Source: an uncultured Gammaproteobacteria bacterium (GTDB lineage: Bacteria > Patescibacteriota > Microgenomatia > JALYQM01). Taken from it: 64,000 nucleotides of DNA. The translations under genes were made by a program, and so were the position numbers. The notes below the pieces were generated by a model. It saw nothing but the letters and a program-made list of their open reading frames with translations. It did not search any database and was not told where the DNA came from. Positions 1 to 9,223 of the stretch are shown here, piece after piece. The DNA lies in contig CAZHTP010000002.1 of the NCBI GenBank assembly GCA_964535655.1, positions 90,054 through 154,053 on the forward strand, in the 5' to 3' direction. Position 1 is the first letter of the stretch, and each line of letters begins with the position of its first letter.

Positions 1-2
1 CT

Positions 3-905
3 GACGATACTCCAGCCGGGATCGAGAGTGTTTATGGTAGTATTCCGATCATCAAGGAATATAAATCAAATATTACCCAATTGTTATATAAGCCAATTTT
101 TCCACTTGGTGCCTATCTAAATAATTTTGCGTATCAATTTAGTCACAGTTTTTACGGGCACACCAATTATATTGATGGTGTATTTAAAGATCAGGGGATT
201 TGGTATTACATTCCGCTTGTCTTTACAGTCAAAAACTCCGTTATCCTAATCTTTAGCTTATTCGGAGGGTTAGCGTTGCTTTTCACTCGTAAAAGGTCTC
301 AAAATCCGCTTTATTATTATCTATGGTTATGGATTCTATTAGTTCTTTTTTGGTCGATACAATCAAAAATACAGCTGGGTGTTCGCTACGTCATGCCTTT
401 TTATCCGTTCATGCTTATTGCAGCCGCAGCAGGGCTCTGGTATTGGTCCACAACAGTAGTAAATCAAAAATATGCTCATGTCGTAGTAATCATCTTGTGC
501 TTTTGGTACGCATGCACAACTTTGTGGACAAAAACGGCGTATTTTACATACATCAGCGAGCTGTATAAAGGTAATAATCCTATAGATTTAGTTTTTGATT
601 CAGACTACGATTGGGGTCAGGACGTATATTTAGTGCGTACTGAACAGAAAAGTAAGAACTTATACCCACTTTATTTTCGTCCCTATATTGGCGGTAATTT
701 ATCCTATGAACATATTCAAAGCGTTGATGATCCAGGAAGAGCCCTTGTTAATAAGAAAAATGGGTATTACGCATTTTCACATTCATCCCTTGTTAATGCG
801 CGTGAACATGAGCCAGCAGTATTCACATATTTTTATTCCCGTAAGCCACACTATATAATTAACCGAGTCATTTATGTCTACAAAGTCTCTTTTGATGAAA
901 AATAA
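3..905 (+). CDS. Membrane glycosyltransferase, GT-C/PMT-like (5' partial)
   Basis: Frame open from window start; multiple TM segments; GxRY.. and DSxxDWGQD motifs typical of ArnT/PMT-like GT-C proteins. Confidence 0.65.
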   Translation, partial: DDTPAGIESVYGSIPIIKEYKSNITQLLYKPIFPLGAYLNNFAYQFSHSFYGHTNYIDGVFKDQGIWYYIPLVFTVKNSVILIFSLFGGLALLFTRKRSQNPLYYYLWLWILLVLFWSIQSKIQLGVRYVMPFYPFMLIAAAAGLWYWSTTVVNQKYAHVVVIILCFWYACTTLWTKTAYFTYISELYKGNNPIDLVFDSDYDWGQDVYLVRTEQKSKNLYPLYFRPYIGGNLSYEHIQSVDDPGRALVNKKNGYYAFSHSSLVNAREHEPAVFTYFYSRKPHYIINRVIYVYKVSFDEK

Positions 906-2136
906 CAAGTATTTAGTAGCGATAGTGCTTTTTTGTGTACTTCTTGGTGATCTAGGACGAATACCCCTTGGATCTAATCTTTTCATCAGTCTCTTGGACG
1001 TTTCAGTTGCCGTATACATAGCATTAGTAATCATGCCTATTCTTCACAGCAAAGAACCGTTGTTGAAAACGTATCTTACCTGGACAGTATTTATATTTAT
1101 AATAATGATTAATTCGCTTCTCTTCAGAAGTGCGAGTCTCCCCATCAAAGAAATTGCCATCGCGGGTCTATATCCAATAAGATGGTTTTTATACGCATTA
1201 ATTCCACTGGGAATTGTCATTACGGTCCAATCGCAGGAATTATCTCAAATTCAACTTCTCAGCTGGCTTCATAAAACAGTTATATATTTAGCTTTACTTG
1301 GATTCTTACAGTTAATCTTTTTTCCGAATTTAGGTATAATTCAACAATTCGGCTTTGATCCACATTATCTCAGGTTAGTAGGAACGTGGCTTGATCCAAA
1401 CTTCATTGGACTTGCTTTTATTTTAGGTCTGCTTGTAGTTGAAAGTACTCTTGCCAGCAGCAGCCGAAAATATGTTGTAATGGTTGCGCTCTTCCTTGCC
1501 TTGCTTGCAACCTTTTCTCGAAGCAGCTATTTGGGGTTTGCAATTTCAGGTTTAATTTACGCATTATTTCAAAGGTCTTGGCAAAAAGCAGGTATGGTGC
1601 TAGGAGCAATACTCGTACTCTATTTATCTTTTGCAATCCCTCGTCAAAACTTAGAAAAAAGCAGAAACATTGATCGAGTAGTCTCGGCAGGATCTCGATT
1701 ACAGTCGTATTCTCAGGGCATTCAGCTGTTTGAAATGCACCCCCTATTTGGCATTGGGTATAATCTTATACGTTTCGAAAAGAAGCAGCTCGGCATGCTT
1801 GACCCATCTGGCGGAGGGAATAGCGGAGCTGGAATTGATTCAAGCTGGATCTTAGTTCTTGCTACCATGGGTACAATAGGATTACTGACCTATCTTTGTT
1901 ACTGGATTCGCTTATTTTATCTTCTTATCGAGCCGGGTATCTCTGCTAAAACAAAAATGTTCCACTCCATATTGTATTCCTTAGTTCACGCTTCTCCACT
2001 TGAACATGCTGCAGCTGCGTTTGCTGTAGGGTGGTCAGTGCACAGTTGGTTTGTTAATTCATTATTTTTCACGCTTTTATCCACAATTTGGGGTATTGCT
2101 CTCGGAATAGTGTTTGTCAACAAGATTCAAAAGTAA
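895..2136 (+). CDS. O-antigen ligase-family membrane protein
   Basis: About 12 TM helices; RLVGTWLDPN, TFSRSS and HPLFGIGY motifs. Confidence 0.8.
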   Translation: MKNNKYLVAIVLFCVLLGDLGRIPLGSNLFISLLDVSVAVYIALVIMPILHSKEPLLKTYLTWTVFIFIIMINSLLFRSASLPIKEIAIAGLYPIRWFLYALIPLGIVITVQSQELSQIQLLSWLHKTVIYLALLGFLQLIFFPNLGIIQQFGFDPHYLRLVGTWLDPNFIGLAFILGLLVVESTLASSSRKYVVMVALFLALLATFSRSSYLGFAISGLIYALFQRSWQKAGMVLGAILVLYLSFAIPRQNLEKSRNIDRVVSAGSRLQSYSQGIQLFEMHPLFGIGYNLIRFEKKQLGMLDPSGGGNSGAGIDSSWILVLATMGTIGLLTYLCYWIRLFYLLIEPGISAKTKMFHSILYSLVHASPLEHAAAAFAVGWSVHSWFVNSLFFTLLSTIWGIALGIVFVNKIQK

Positions 2137-2138
2137 TA

Positions 2139-2885
2139 TTACGGATTGTATGTAATTTTTCTTGATACATCAACGGATTTATTCCCAGCGTCATCTTTAG
2201 CATACATAGTTAGGATATTCTCACCTGGTTGTAGCTGCACTTTTTGCGAAAAACTTCCATCAGCATTAAGGATACCGCGCGATCCGTTTATGTAAACCTC
2301 GGTTGCTTCATCAGTTTTTCCTTTTACTTCGACTATTGTTTGCGATGCCCCACCAAAAGTGTCCCCGTTGTTAGGGTTACTCACATCCAACTTAGGCGCA
2401 CGAGTATCCAGGAAAACAGTATAAACAGAAGTAGATAAGCTTTTTCGACCGTTAGAATCTTTTGTATACGCTGAAAAGCTGTTAGAACCTTCTTGCATCG
2501 TGACATTGGCAAAGGTAAAGGATCCGCTATTATCGGCAATAACGGAAGGAGTTTCAGTGCCATTGAAAGTTAATTGAACAGACAATCCTGGTTCAGCTCT
2601 CCCTGTAATGGTAAGAGTTGCACTGTTGGTCGCATCAAATGGCAAAGAGTTAAAGCTCGGCCTTTGCAGTGGGATGGTAAGGTCGGTGTTCGTTTTATTC
2701 GGTACATTAGAGTTGCGTGTCGTATCCCATACATCGGCAATTTTAACCATAGCAGGAATTGCAAAATAGATAACTAGCACAATTCCAGCAAGGCAGAATA
2801 CAGAAATAATCGCAATTCGTCGAATTAAAGCTTGTTCGTGCTTTCGTGCAAGTAAATCTTTTTTGGGCATATATTGATTTTTCAT
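2139..2885 (-). CDS. Membrane-anchored protein with two bacterial Ig-like domains
   Basis: N-terminal TM; two beta-rich repeats (ITGRAEPG..GSF..GSNSF..D..G). Start moved to 2885 because 2897 lies in the tRNA. Confidence 0.7.
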   Translation of the reverse strand: MKNQYMPKKDLLARKHEQALIRRIAIISVFCLAGIVLVIYFAIPAMVKIADVWDTTRNSNVPNKTNTDLTIPLQRPSFNSLPFDATNSATLTITGRAEPGLSVQLTFNGTETPSVIADNSGSFTFANVTMQEGSNSFSAYTKDSNGRKSLSTSVYTVFLDTRAPKLDVSNPNNGDTFGGASQTIVEVKGKTDEATEVYINGSRGILNADGSFSQKVQLQPGENILTMYAKDDAGNKSVDVSRKITYNP

Positions 2886-2891
2886 AATCTG

Positions 2892-2964
2892 AGCCACCTC
2901 CGGGACTCGAACCCGGGACCTCGGCTTTACGAAAGCCTTGCTCTACCACTAAAGCTAAGGTGGC
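2892..2964 (-). tRNA. tRNA-Thr(CGT)
   Basis: Cloverleaf GCCACCT..AGGTGGC, anticodon loop TTCGTAA, T-loop TTCGAGT. Confidence 0.93.
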
Positions 2965-3288
2965 GCTCACTCGCATCAATTATACCAGTTAATATGCCAG
3001 CCTGGCCACTAAAGTAATCGTAGTATACCATCACAAAGCTGACAAGTAATGACAATCCGCACGAACTTGGTAAATTGGCCAATAATCGGTAACGACCAAA
3101 ATAGCTAACAAACTGAAATGAAGAATTCGCGTGACCATCGAGTATCTTGAACCACGCTCAAATTTCTTCTTTAAAATCTTAGTTAACTTTGGCAAACTCA
3201 AAGAATTGTATAATTGCTCCTAGATGGAACTTATTCATTTATCCCACTGCGTCTACCACTGTGATTACCACATCGTAACTCTTTTAGT

Positions 3289-3405
3289 GGAGCGGGAGAC
3301 GCAAACTATTTCGAACTCTCTGAACAACAGCTCTTTCAAACTCTAGCTCATTTTAGCAAACTCATGGAGTTATATCAACTTTCGAACAAGATAGATATCT
3401 TGTAA
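3289..3405 (+). other. Start-less alternative C-terminal coding segment of an LSR, beginning at att core GAGCGG (3290-3295)
   Basis: Open frame GAGDANYFELSEQQLFQTLAHFSKLMELYQLSNKIDIL*; core is in the same codon phase as the copy in tRNA-Gly (4422-4427). Confidence 0.65.
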
Positions 3406-3422
3406 GCTCTTAATATACAATA

Positions 3423-3733
3423 TTAAGTTAACCTCTCTGTCGCTTTCAAAAATATCTCAGATTCCCTTGGATAAGTAATAAGTTCAGCAGTTTTCTCTCT
3501 TGAAAACCACCCGTGTTCAACAATCTTATCCCAGGAACCTAATTTAGCATTACCGGCAATTTCCAATAAATAGAAATGTGTTATTCCTTTTTTACCAGCG
3601 CGATCGGGTCTCGTATCGTCATATGTAAGCGTATTAATATATGAGGTGTCTCTGAATACAGACTTATCTACAGTTAAGCCAATCTCCTCATTTAGTTCCC
3701 TAACCAAAGCACAGCATAAATAGTGTCGTTCAT
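3423..3733 (-). pseudogene. NUDIX hydrolase with internal deletion/frameshift
   Basis: RELNEEIGL half of the Nudix box is present, the GX5E half is missing; an upstream ATG (MNDTIYAV) is out of frame. Confidence 0.65.
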
Positions 3734-3752
3734 ATATTGAGATAAAGTAATG

Positions 3753-3977
3753 TCATCTAGCTTCTTCTAAATCTTTAACCGTTAGTCCAGATTGTCGTAA
3801 AATCGCCCGGAGTGTTCCAGTAGGGATCGGTTTTGAGTGTACAGCTACTTGAGTCCATTTCCCATTTGGATGAGTAAGTTTTAAGTGACTGCCCTTCACG
3901 CCATTTTCTACAAAGCCTCGTTTTCTAAGAAGAGCGATGAATTTTTGCGGTTTAATATTACTAGGAATTTGCGGCAT
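3753..3977 (-). CDS. hicA: HicA-family toxin
   Basis: 74 aa; GF....KGSH..L.H and V..H...IP.GTL..IL motifs. Confidence 0.9.
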   Translation of the reverse strand: MPQIPSNIKPQKFIALLRKRGFVENGVKGSHLKLTHPNGKWTQVAVHSKPIPTGTLRAILRQSGLTVKDLEEAR

Positions 3978-3978
3978 A

Positions 3979-4251
3979 TTATAAAGCGAGTCGGACGCTG
4001 CTAGATACAAATACTTCTGCTGAAGCAATAATTTGTGTTTGAATATGATCTGTTGGTACTTCCTTGCCGTCCTTGGCTAAAGATTCAATTGCAAGTTCAA
4101 TACCATCTTTTATAGAGGAGAGTACTTCTTCGATAGTGTCACCGTAATCTACGACGTCGAGTGTTGGGCAATAGGCGTTATAGACCAAACTACCATCAGG
4201 ATAGCTCTCCGGTTCGATTATTATACGATAGTTTAATACCTGTTTATCCAT
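3979..4251 (-). CDS. hicB: HicB-family antitoxin (short, no DNA-binding domain evident); hicB-hicA order
   Basis: Y.AYCP.L....GDT.EE....I..GIEL motif; TATAAT 7 nt before the ATG. Confidence 0.88.
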   Translation of the reverse strand: MDKQVLNYRIIIEPESYPDGSLVYNAYCPTLDVVDYGDTIEEVLSSIKDGIELAIESLAKDGKEVPTDHIQTQIIASAEVFVSSSVRLAL

Positions 4252-4333
4252 ACAGATATTATACCATGCTGAAAAGTGCTCTAACTCAATAATGTTTTTT
4301 ATTGATAAAAAACAAAAATAGAGCATTCAATAG

Positions 4334-4483
4334 AGAGTTTTGGGGAATAGCACATTGAACACCGAGATTAGCCCATTATATCAAGACATTATGCGTGTTG
4401 ATAACCAACACTTTTCATTCAGAGCGGAGGATGGGACTCGAACCCACGACGTCCACCTTGGGAAGGTGGCATTCTACCACTGA
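4334..4483 (+). pseudogene. C-terminal remnant of a large serine recombinase, reading into antisense tRNA-Gly
   Basis: NSTLNTEISPLYQDIMRVDNQHFSF-RAEDGTRTH..; similar position and spacing to the end of the intact LSR at 29182-30711. Confidence 0.55.
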
Positions 4484-4494
4484 ATTACCTCCGC
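4423..4494 (-). tRNA. tRNA-Gly(CCC)
   Basis: GCGGAGG..CCTCCGC acceptor stem; CCACC-TTCCCAA-GGTGG anticodon arm. Confidence 0.95.
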
Positions 4495-4527
4495 ATTGTT
4501 ACACTCGTATAGTACTTGAGATTAACT

Positions 4528-5379
4528 TTATTGGCAAGTAAAGGTAAACGTATTCCCGGGATGAATTATGCCAGGGTGAATCAGTTTATTCTGCCTAGCT
4601 ATTGAACTCCACGCATAGCTATTAGTACATTTAGCTTGAGCGATACTCCACAGCGTATCACCATGGACGACCGTGTATGTTATAGCACCTTGAGGGGTTG
4701 TTTCAGCCGGCTGTAGAGGAGCAACGACAGATGCACCACCAATTGCTGGCGCAGGGCTCATGGAAGCTTTGGGAGTCGATGTCGGAGCTTGCGCTACTTG
4801 GCTTTTATCAGTTGAAGCTGCGGAAATCATCTCCACTTTAGGAACAGTAAGTACTTGCCCTTTTTCTAAAGTATTTGCGCGAGCAATTTTATTTGCAGTG
4901 GCGATATTCTTCCATTGATACCCGGTTCCATAGAACTTTTCTGATACTACCCACAATGAGTCACCTGCTTGTACTGTGTAAGTAGTAGGAAGTGTTTTAC
5001 TCTCAGTTACAGGAGCCGATGCTTGCATTACTTGCGGAGCAACACTCGCCTTTGGAGATGTAGCTGGAGAAATAGTAGGCTTAGTATTGACGGCTGTTTG
5101 AGGTGATGTTGTTACTTTAGCAGCCATAGTTACAACCGGTGATGGGCGAGTAACTTTGGCGGCGAGTACGCTGCTTGATGTTGCGCTCGGTGTTAATCCT
5201 TCACTCTTTGGCATTGAGGAGGAAACCGCAACTGATTTTTGTCCTTGATCCTTTATTAGTTTTGGAGTCTGATTATTAAAATAATTAAAAAGAAGAATTC
5301 CGGATACTACAACTACAAGAGCACCTAAGCCCATGCTTATCAATGAATCATCCCACTTTTTACCGTTATCTTCTGACAT
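4528..5379 (-). CDS. Membrane-anchored protein with two LysM domains
   Basis: TM, S/T/P linker, YTVQAGDSLW and YTVVHGDTLWSIA LysM repeats. Confidence 0.9.
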   Translation of the reverse strand: MSEDNGKKWDDSLISMGLGALVVVVSGILLFNYFNNQTPKLIKDQGQKSVAVSSSMPKSEGLTPSATSSSVLAAKVTRPSPVVTMAAKVTTSPQTAVNTKPTISPATSPKASVAPQVMQASAPVTESKTLPTTYTVQAGDSLWVVSEKFYGTGYQWKNIATANKIARANTLEKGQVLTVPKVEMISAASTDKSQVAQAPTSTPKASMSPAPAIGGASVVAPLQPAETTPQGAITYTVVHGDTLWSIAQAKCTNSYAWSSIARQNKLIHPGIIHPGNTFTFTCQ

Positions 5380-5428
5380 AATACCTCCAAAAAAACTAAA
5401 GAGGGCAGAAGTTTAGTAAAATTAATTG

Positions 5429-5502
5429 CGGACCCGAGCGGATTCGAACCGCCGGTCTTCGCCGTGACAGGGCGACGTGTTAGGCCTCTACACCACGGGT
5501 CC
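5429..5502 (-). tRNA. tRNA-Asp(GTC)
   Basis: GGACCCG..CGGGTCC; TCGCC-CTGTCAC-GGCGA. Confidence 0.95.
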
Positions 5503-5666
5503 AATAAAAAGGAGATTAACATATTCACTTTCTCCCGTCAATAAAACAAAAAGAGATATTTTTGAAAGTCCTGTGAAAATTAGTGTGAAAATATAAAATA
5601 ATTGCATTTTATAATATTAACGGTATACTTAAGATAATTATTCACCATTAAGGGAGCTCGTCATTT

Positions 5667-6230
5667 ATGGCACCGCTACTCATCGTAATAGCAATTATAG
5701 TAGTAGTACTACTCTACATTTGGTCTTTATATAACGGACTCGTCGTTTCCAAGAAACGGGTAGAAGTATCATGGAATGATATTGATATCCAACTCAAGAA
5801 AAGATATGACTTGCTGCCAGATCTTGTTGAAACAGCTAAAAAGGCCGCTAATTTAGATGAAAGTATATTTACAAAAGTTGCTCAGGTACGTTCTCAGGCA
5901 ATGGACACCGCAAAGACTACCGAAGATCCGACAGTCCGGGCACAAGTAGAGAGTCAGCTGAGCTCAGCAATAAATGGCTTGCGAGTAGCAGTCGAAGCCT
6001 ACCCTGATATCAAATCTCATAGCGAGTTACTTAATTTAATGAATTTAAATCGAGACATTGAAGACAAAATTGCCTACTCGCGACAGTTCTATAATCAAAA
6101 TGTTCTCGATTACAATACAAGAATTGCGGTATTCCCAGCAGTTCTCTTTGCAGCATCGATGGGCTTCTTACCGGCAAAGGCTTTCGAAGCAGCAGCTTCC
6201 GAACGTGAGGATGTGAAGGTCCAGTTCTAA
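5667..6230 (+). CDS. lemA: LemA family protein
   Basis: YNGLV..., IDIQLKKRYDL, EAYPDIK, YSRQFYN motifs; upstream of htpX. Confidence 0.92.
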   Translation: MAPLLIVIAIIVVVLLYIWSLYNGLVVSKKRVEVSWNDIDIQLKKRYDLLPDLVETAKKAANLDESIFTKVAQVRSQAMDTAKTTEDPTVRAQVESQLSSAINGLRVAVEAYPDIKSHSELLNLMNLNRDIEDKIAYSRQFYNQNVLDYNTRIAVFPAVLFAASMGFLPAKAFEAAASEREDVKVQF

Positions 6231-6346
6231 TCGATATCAATCCTCCGAGTATGAACGAAACCTTCATCCCGGAACGAAGTGATGGGATTACCTTAATTAA
6301 TAATAACCGTTCTTAGCTCATTCTCAGCAAGCAATATATAAAGTAT

Positions 6347-7270
6347 ATGGCGCTACCAACAGTTTATAACCAGATCAACGACAACAAGCACAAAACCTAC
6401 TATTTAATGGCAGGTTTTGTTGTTTTTATCTCATTAGTAATATGGGTCTTTGCCCGTGCGATGAATTTTGGCTCGGTCGATGCGCTTGGCATTGTCGGAA
6501 TCTCTTTCCTTCTTACTGGAGTAATTAATATATTTTCCTATTATTATTCAGATAAAGTTGTTCTCGGGCTGTCACATGCCAGAGAAGTAAGCGAATCTGA
6601 AAGCCCGCAGCTGTATCATTTGGTTGAAAATCTGTCTACAGGGGCAGGAATTCCTACGCCTAAGATTTATATTATCGAGGACAGTGCTCCCAACGCCTTT
6701 GCCACCGGGAGGAATCCGCAACATGCCTCAATTGCGTTCACGACTGGTATTTTAGAAAAGTTAGAGCGCAACGAATTAGAGGGCGTCGCAGCTCACGAAT
6801 TGAGTCATGTTCGCAATTATGACACATTATATATGACGGTAGTCGTGATCCTGGTCGGGATGATTGCATTAGTTGCAGATATTTTTATGCGATCGCTCTG
6901 GTATGGAGGCGTAGGGCGCCGACGGAGCGATAATAGCAGCGCGGGAAGTGGCGGTGGAATATTTCTGTTGATTGGAATCGTTTTTGCGATACTCTCACCT
7001 TTGATCGCTAATCTTATTAAACTGGCGGTATCTCGTCAACGAGAGTATTTAGCCGATGCTTCTGCAGTCCTTCTTACACGCCATCCAGATGGCTTAGCAA
7101 ATGCCTTAATCAAAATCGATTCTGATCGTGAGCCACTTGAAGTGGCGAATAAAGCAACCGCACATATGTACATTGTGAATCCTTTGAAAGACTGGTCAGG
7201 TAAATTAAATAACCTATTCTCAACCCATCCTTCGATTGAAGATCGAGTGGCACGATTACGCCAAATGTAA
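6347..7270 (+). CDS. htpX: HtpX M48 zinc metalloprotease
   Basis: PNAFATG, HELSH, SRQREYLAD and FSTHP motifs. Confidence 0.93.
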   Translation: MALPTVYNQINDNKHKTYYLMAGFVVFISLVIWVFARAMNFGSVDALGIVGISFLLTGVINIFSYYYSDKVVLGLSHAREVSESESPQLYHLVENLSTGAGIPTPKIYIIEDSAPNAFATGRNPQHASIAFTTGILEKLERNELEGVAAHELSHVRNYDTLYMTVVVILVGMIALVADIFMRSLWYGGVGRRRSDNSSAGSGGGIFLLIGIVFAILSPLIANLIKLAVSRQREYLADASAVLLTRHPDGLANALIKIDSDREPLEVANKATAHMYIVNPLKDWSGKLNNLFSTHPSIEDRVARLRQM

Positions 7271-7348
7271 TAAAAGCCTATAGCTTTGTGCTTAATTGAG
7301 TATCCTTTGTCATCTTGCCTTTCTTTTTCAGCGTAGTAGAATCGTTAC

Positions 7349-7414
7349 ATGGATGACGATATTGATGCAATAGAAGAATACGATATAGATTTCTGGGTCC
7401 TACTTTTTCCGTAA
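7349..7414 (+). CDS. Putative 21-aa leaderless acidic peptide MDDDIDAIEEYDIDFWVLLFP
   Basis: TTGCCT-16-TAGAAT, then ATG 6 nt later. Confidence 0.35.
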   Translation: MDDDIDAIEEYDIDFWVLLFP

Positions 7415-7462
7415 GCCCTTCACAAACTGTGCTCAATAGCATAGAATAGAGTGTATAGAATT

Positions 7463-7753
7463 ATGTCATTAACAAGAGACGACGTACTGCATATTGCTAA
7501 ACTTTCCCGCATAACTTTAACCGACACTGAAGTCGAAAAATTTAAAGACCAATTATCTGCCATTTTGGGTTATATCGACAAATTGAATGAGATTGATACT
7601 TCCGGAGTTGAGCCAACAATCAATACTACCGGAATAATCGACCGTATGCGCGAAGATGTAGAAAAAGCTTCCTTTAATCAGGAGGAAGCACTACAAAATT
7701 CCAAAGAAACTCATAATGGGTTTTTTGCTGTACCTAATGTATTTGATAACTAG
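7463..7753 (+). CDS. gatC: Asp/Glu-tRNA amidotransferase subunit C
   Basis: V.HIAKLSRI, IL.YIDKL.EIDT..VEPT, MRED; first gene of gatCAB. Confidence 0.95.
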   Translation: MSLTRDDVLHIAKLSRITLTDTEVEKFKDQLSAILGYIDKLNEIDTSGVEPTINTTGIIDRMREDVEKASFNQEEALQNSKETHNGFFAVPNVFDN

Positions 7754-7762
7754 GAGACCTCA

Positions 7763-9223
7763 ATGGATACCACGAAGCTTACAATTAAAGACGCGCATGA
7801 AGGCCTAGTTTCTAAGAAATTTTCTTCCACTGAATTAACGAAAAATTACCTTGAAAAAATTAAAAAGCATAATGCTTCATATAATGTGTACTTAACTGTA
7901 ACCGAAGAAGTGGCGCTCCAACAAGCTGAGAAAATTGATGTGAAAATTAAGAGCGGAGAACTAATAGCACCTCTCGCTGGAACTCCCGCAGCAGTTAAGG
8001 ATGTTATTGTAACTAAAAACATTCGCACTACTGCTTCCTCGAGAATGCTTGAAGACTTCAAACCGCCGTACGAATCAACAACAACAGGCAGGCTTAATGA
8101 GCAGGGAATGGTCTTGCTTGGTAAAACTAATTGCGATGCGTATGCTTTTGGAGCTTCTACTGAGAATTCCGGGTATGGACCGACTAAAAACCCCTGGGAT
8201 GGTAATAAGGTGCCCGGAGGTTCAAGCGGTGGTTCGGCCGCAGCAGTTGCCGCCGATCTTGCGGTGTATTCAATTGGTACGGACACGGGCGGATCAATCA
8301 GACAGCCCGCATCCTTCTGCGGCTCAGTTGGTCTGAAACTCACCTATGGAAGAGGATCACGTTTTGGTTTGATTGCTATGGCCTCAAGCTTTGATACGCC
8401 TGGGCCAATCACTAAAACAGTCGAAGATGCAGCGCTAGTTGCTGAAGCAATTTCAGGTTACGATGAAAAAGACGGAACAACAATTGAATTACCAGTACCT
8501 AAATTTTCACAGAATATTTCACAATCAATTAAAGGAATGAAAATAGGGGTGCTCAAAGAATCATATGGAGAAGGAGTGGAAGAAGGTGTGAAAAAAGCGT
8601 TTGATCAATCGTTGCAAACCTTTCGCGAATTAGGAGCAGAGCTCATAGACATCTCAATGCCTAAATTAGCATACGGAATCGCGGCCTACTACATTCTTGT
8701 TCCATCAGAAATCTCATCAAATATGGCCCGGTATGACGGGGTGCGCTACGGACACCGATCAAATAATGCAAAATCCCTTCTTGAACTACAAATGCTTTCT
8801 CGTGGAGAAGTTCTTGAAGATGAAGTTAAGCGTCGAATTATGCTCGGCAATTATGCCTTAAGCTCGGGGTACTACGATGCCTATTATTTGAAAGCAGCTA
8901 AAGTGAGAACAGTTATTAAACGTGAGTTTCACCAGGCATTCGAAAGGTTAGATGCGATTATCTGCCCAACCAGCCCGACAGTTGCGTTTGATATCGGCTC
9001 AAAATCCGACGATCCATTGGCCATGTACTTGGCAGATATCTTTACTTGTCCTGTAAATATCGCGGGAATCCCCGGGTTATCGGTACCTTGTGGTTTTTCA
9101 GAAGGGTTACCGGTAGGATTGCAAATTATGGGTAAAGCGTTTGATGAAGAAACAATTCTTCGTATTGGTCATAATTACGAACAGGCAACAGAGTGGCATA
9201 CTAAATTCCCGGAGGTCAAATAA
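7763..9223 (+). CDS. gatA: Asp/Glu-tRNA amidotransferase subunit A
   Basis: Amidase signature GGSSGGSAA, GTDTGGSIRQPAS. Confidence 0.97.
   Translation: MDTTKLTIKDAHEGLVSKKFSSTELTKNYLEKIKKHNASYNVYLTVTEEVALQQAEKIDVKIKSGELIAPLAGTPAAVKDVIVTKNIRTTASSRMLEDFKPPYESTTTGRLNEQGMVLLGKTNCDAYAFGASTENSGYGPTKNPWDGNKVPGGSSGGSAAAVAADLAVYSIGTDTGGSIRQPASFCGSVGLKLTYGRGSRFGLIAMASSFDTPGPITKTVEDAALVAEAISGYDEKDGTTIELPVPKFSQNISQSIKGMKIGVLKESYGEGVEEGVKKAFDQSLQTFRELGAELIDISMPKLAYGIAAYYILVPSEISSNMARYDGVRYGHRSNNAKSLLELQMLSRGEVLEDEVKRRIMLGNYALSSGYYDAYYLKAAKVRTVIKREFHQAFERLDAIICPTSPTVAFDIGSKSDDPLAMYLADIFTCPVNIAGIPGLSVPCGFSEGLPVGLQIMGKAFDEETILRIGHNYEQATEWHTKFPEVK

Larger units (their letters stand above)
3290..4427. mobile_element. 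Decayed integrative element at tRNA-Gly(CCC), carrying hicBA and a NUDIX pseudogene
   Basis: Direct repeat GAGCGG at both ends; removing the interval restores an encoded CCA on the tRNA; LSR C-terminal remnant at 4334-4483. Confidence 0.7.

Noticed and set aside
2743-2979. ORF-track ORFs over tRNAs (also 5340-5528, 54691-54873 and the 33351-33491 extension)
   Set aside because: They translate tRNA sequence and have no coding features, unlike the integrase tails, which continue real genes
2965-3285. Possible gene remnant between tRNA-Thr and the Gly att site
   Set aside because: Only short broken frames with no recognisable motif
6262-6292. REP-like short hairpin between lemA and htpX
   Set aside because: Single copy in the window; cannot be supported as a repeat family
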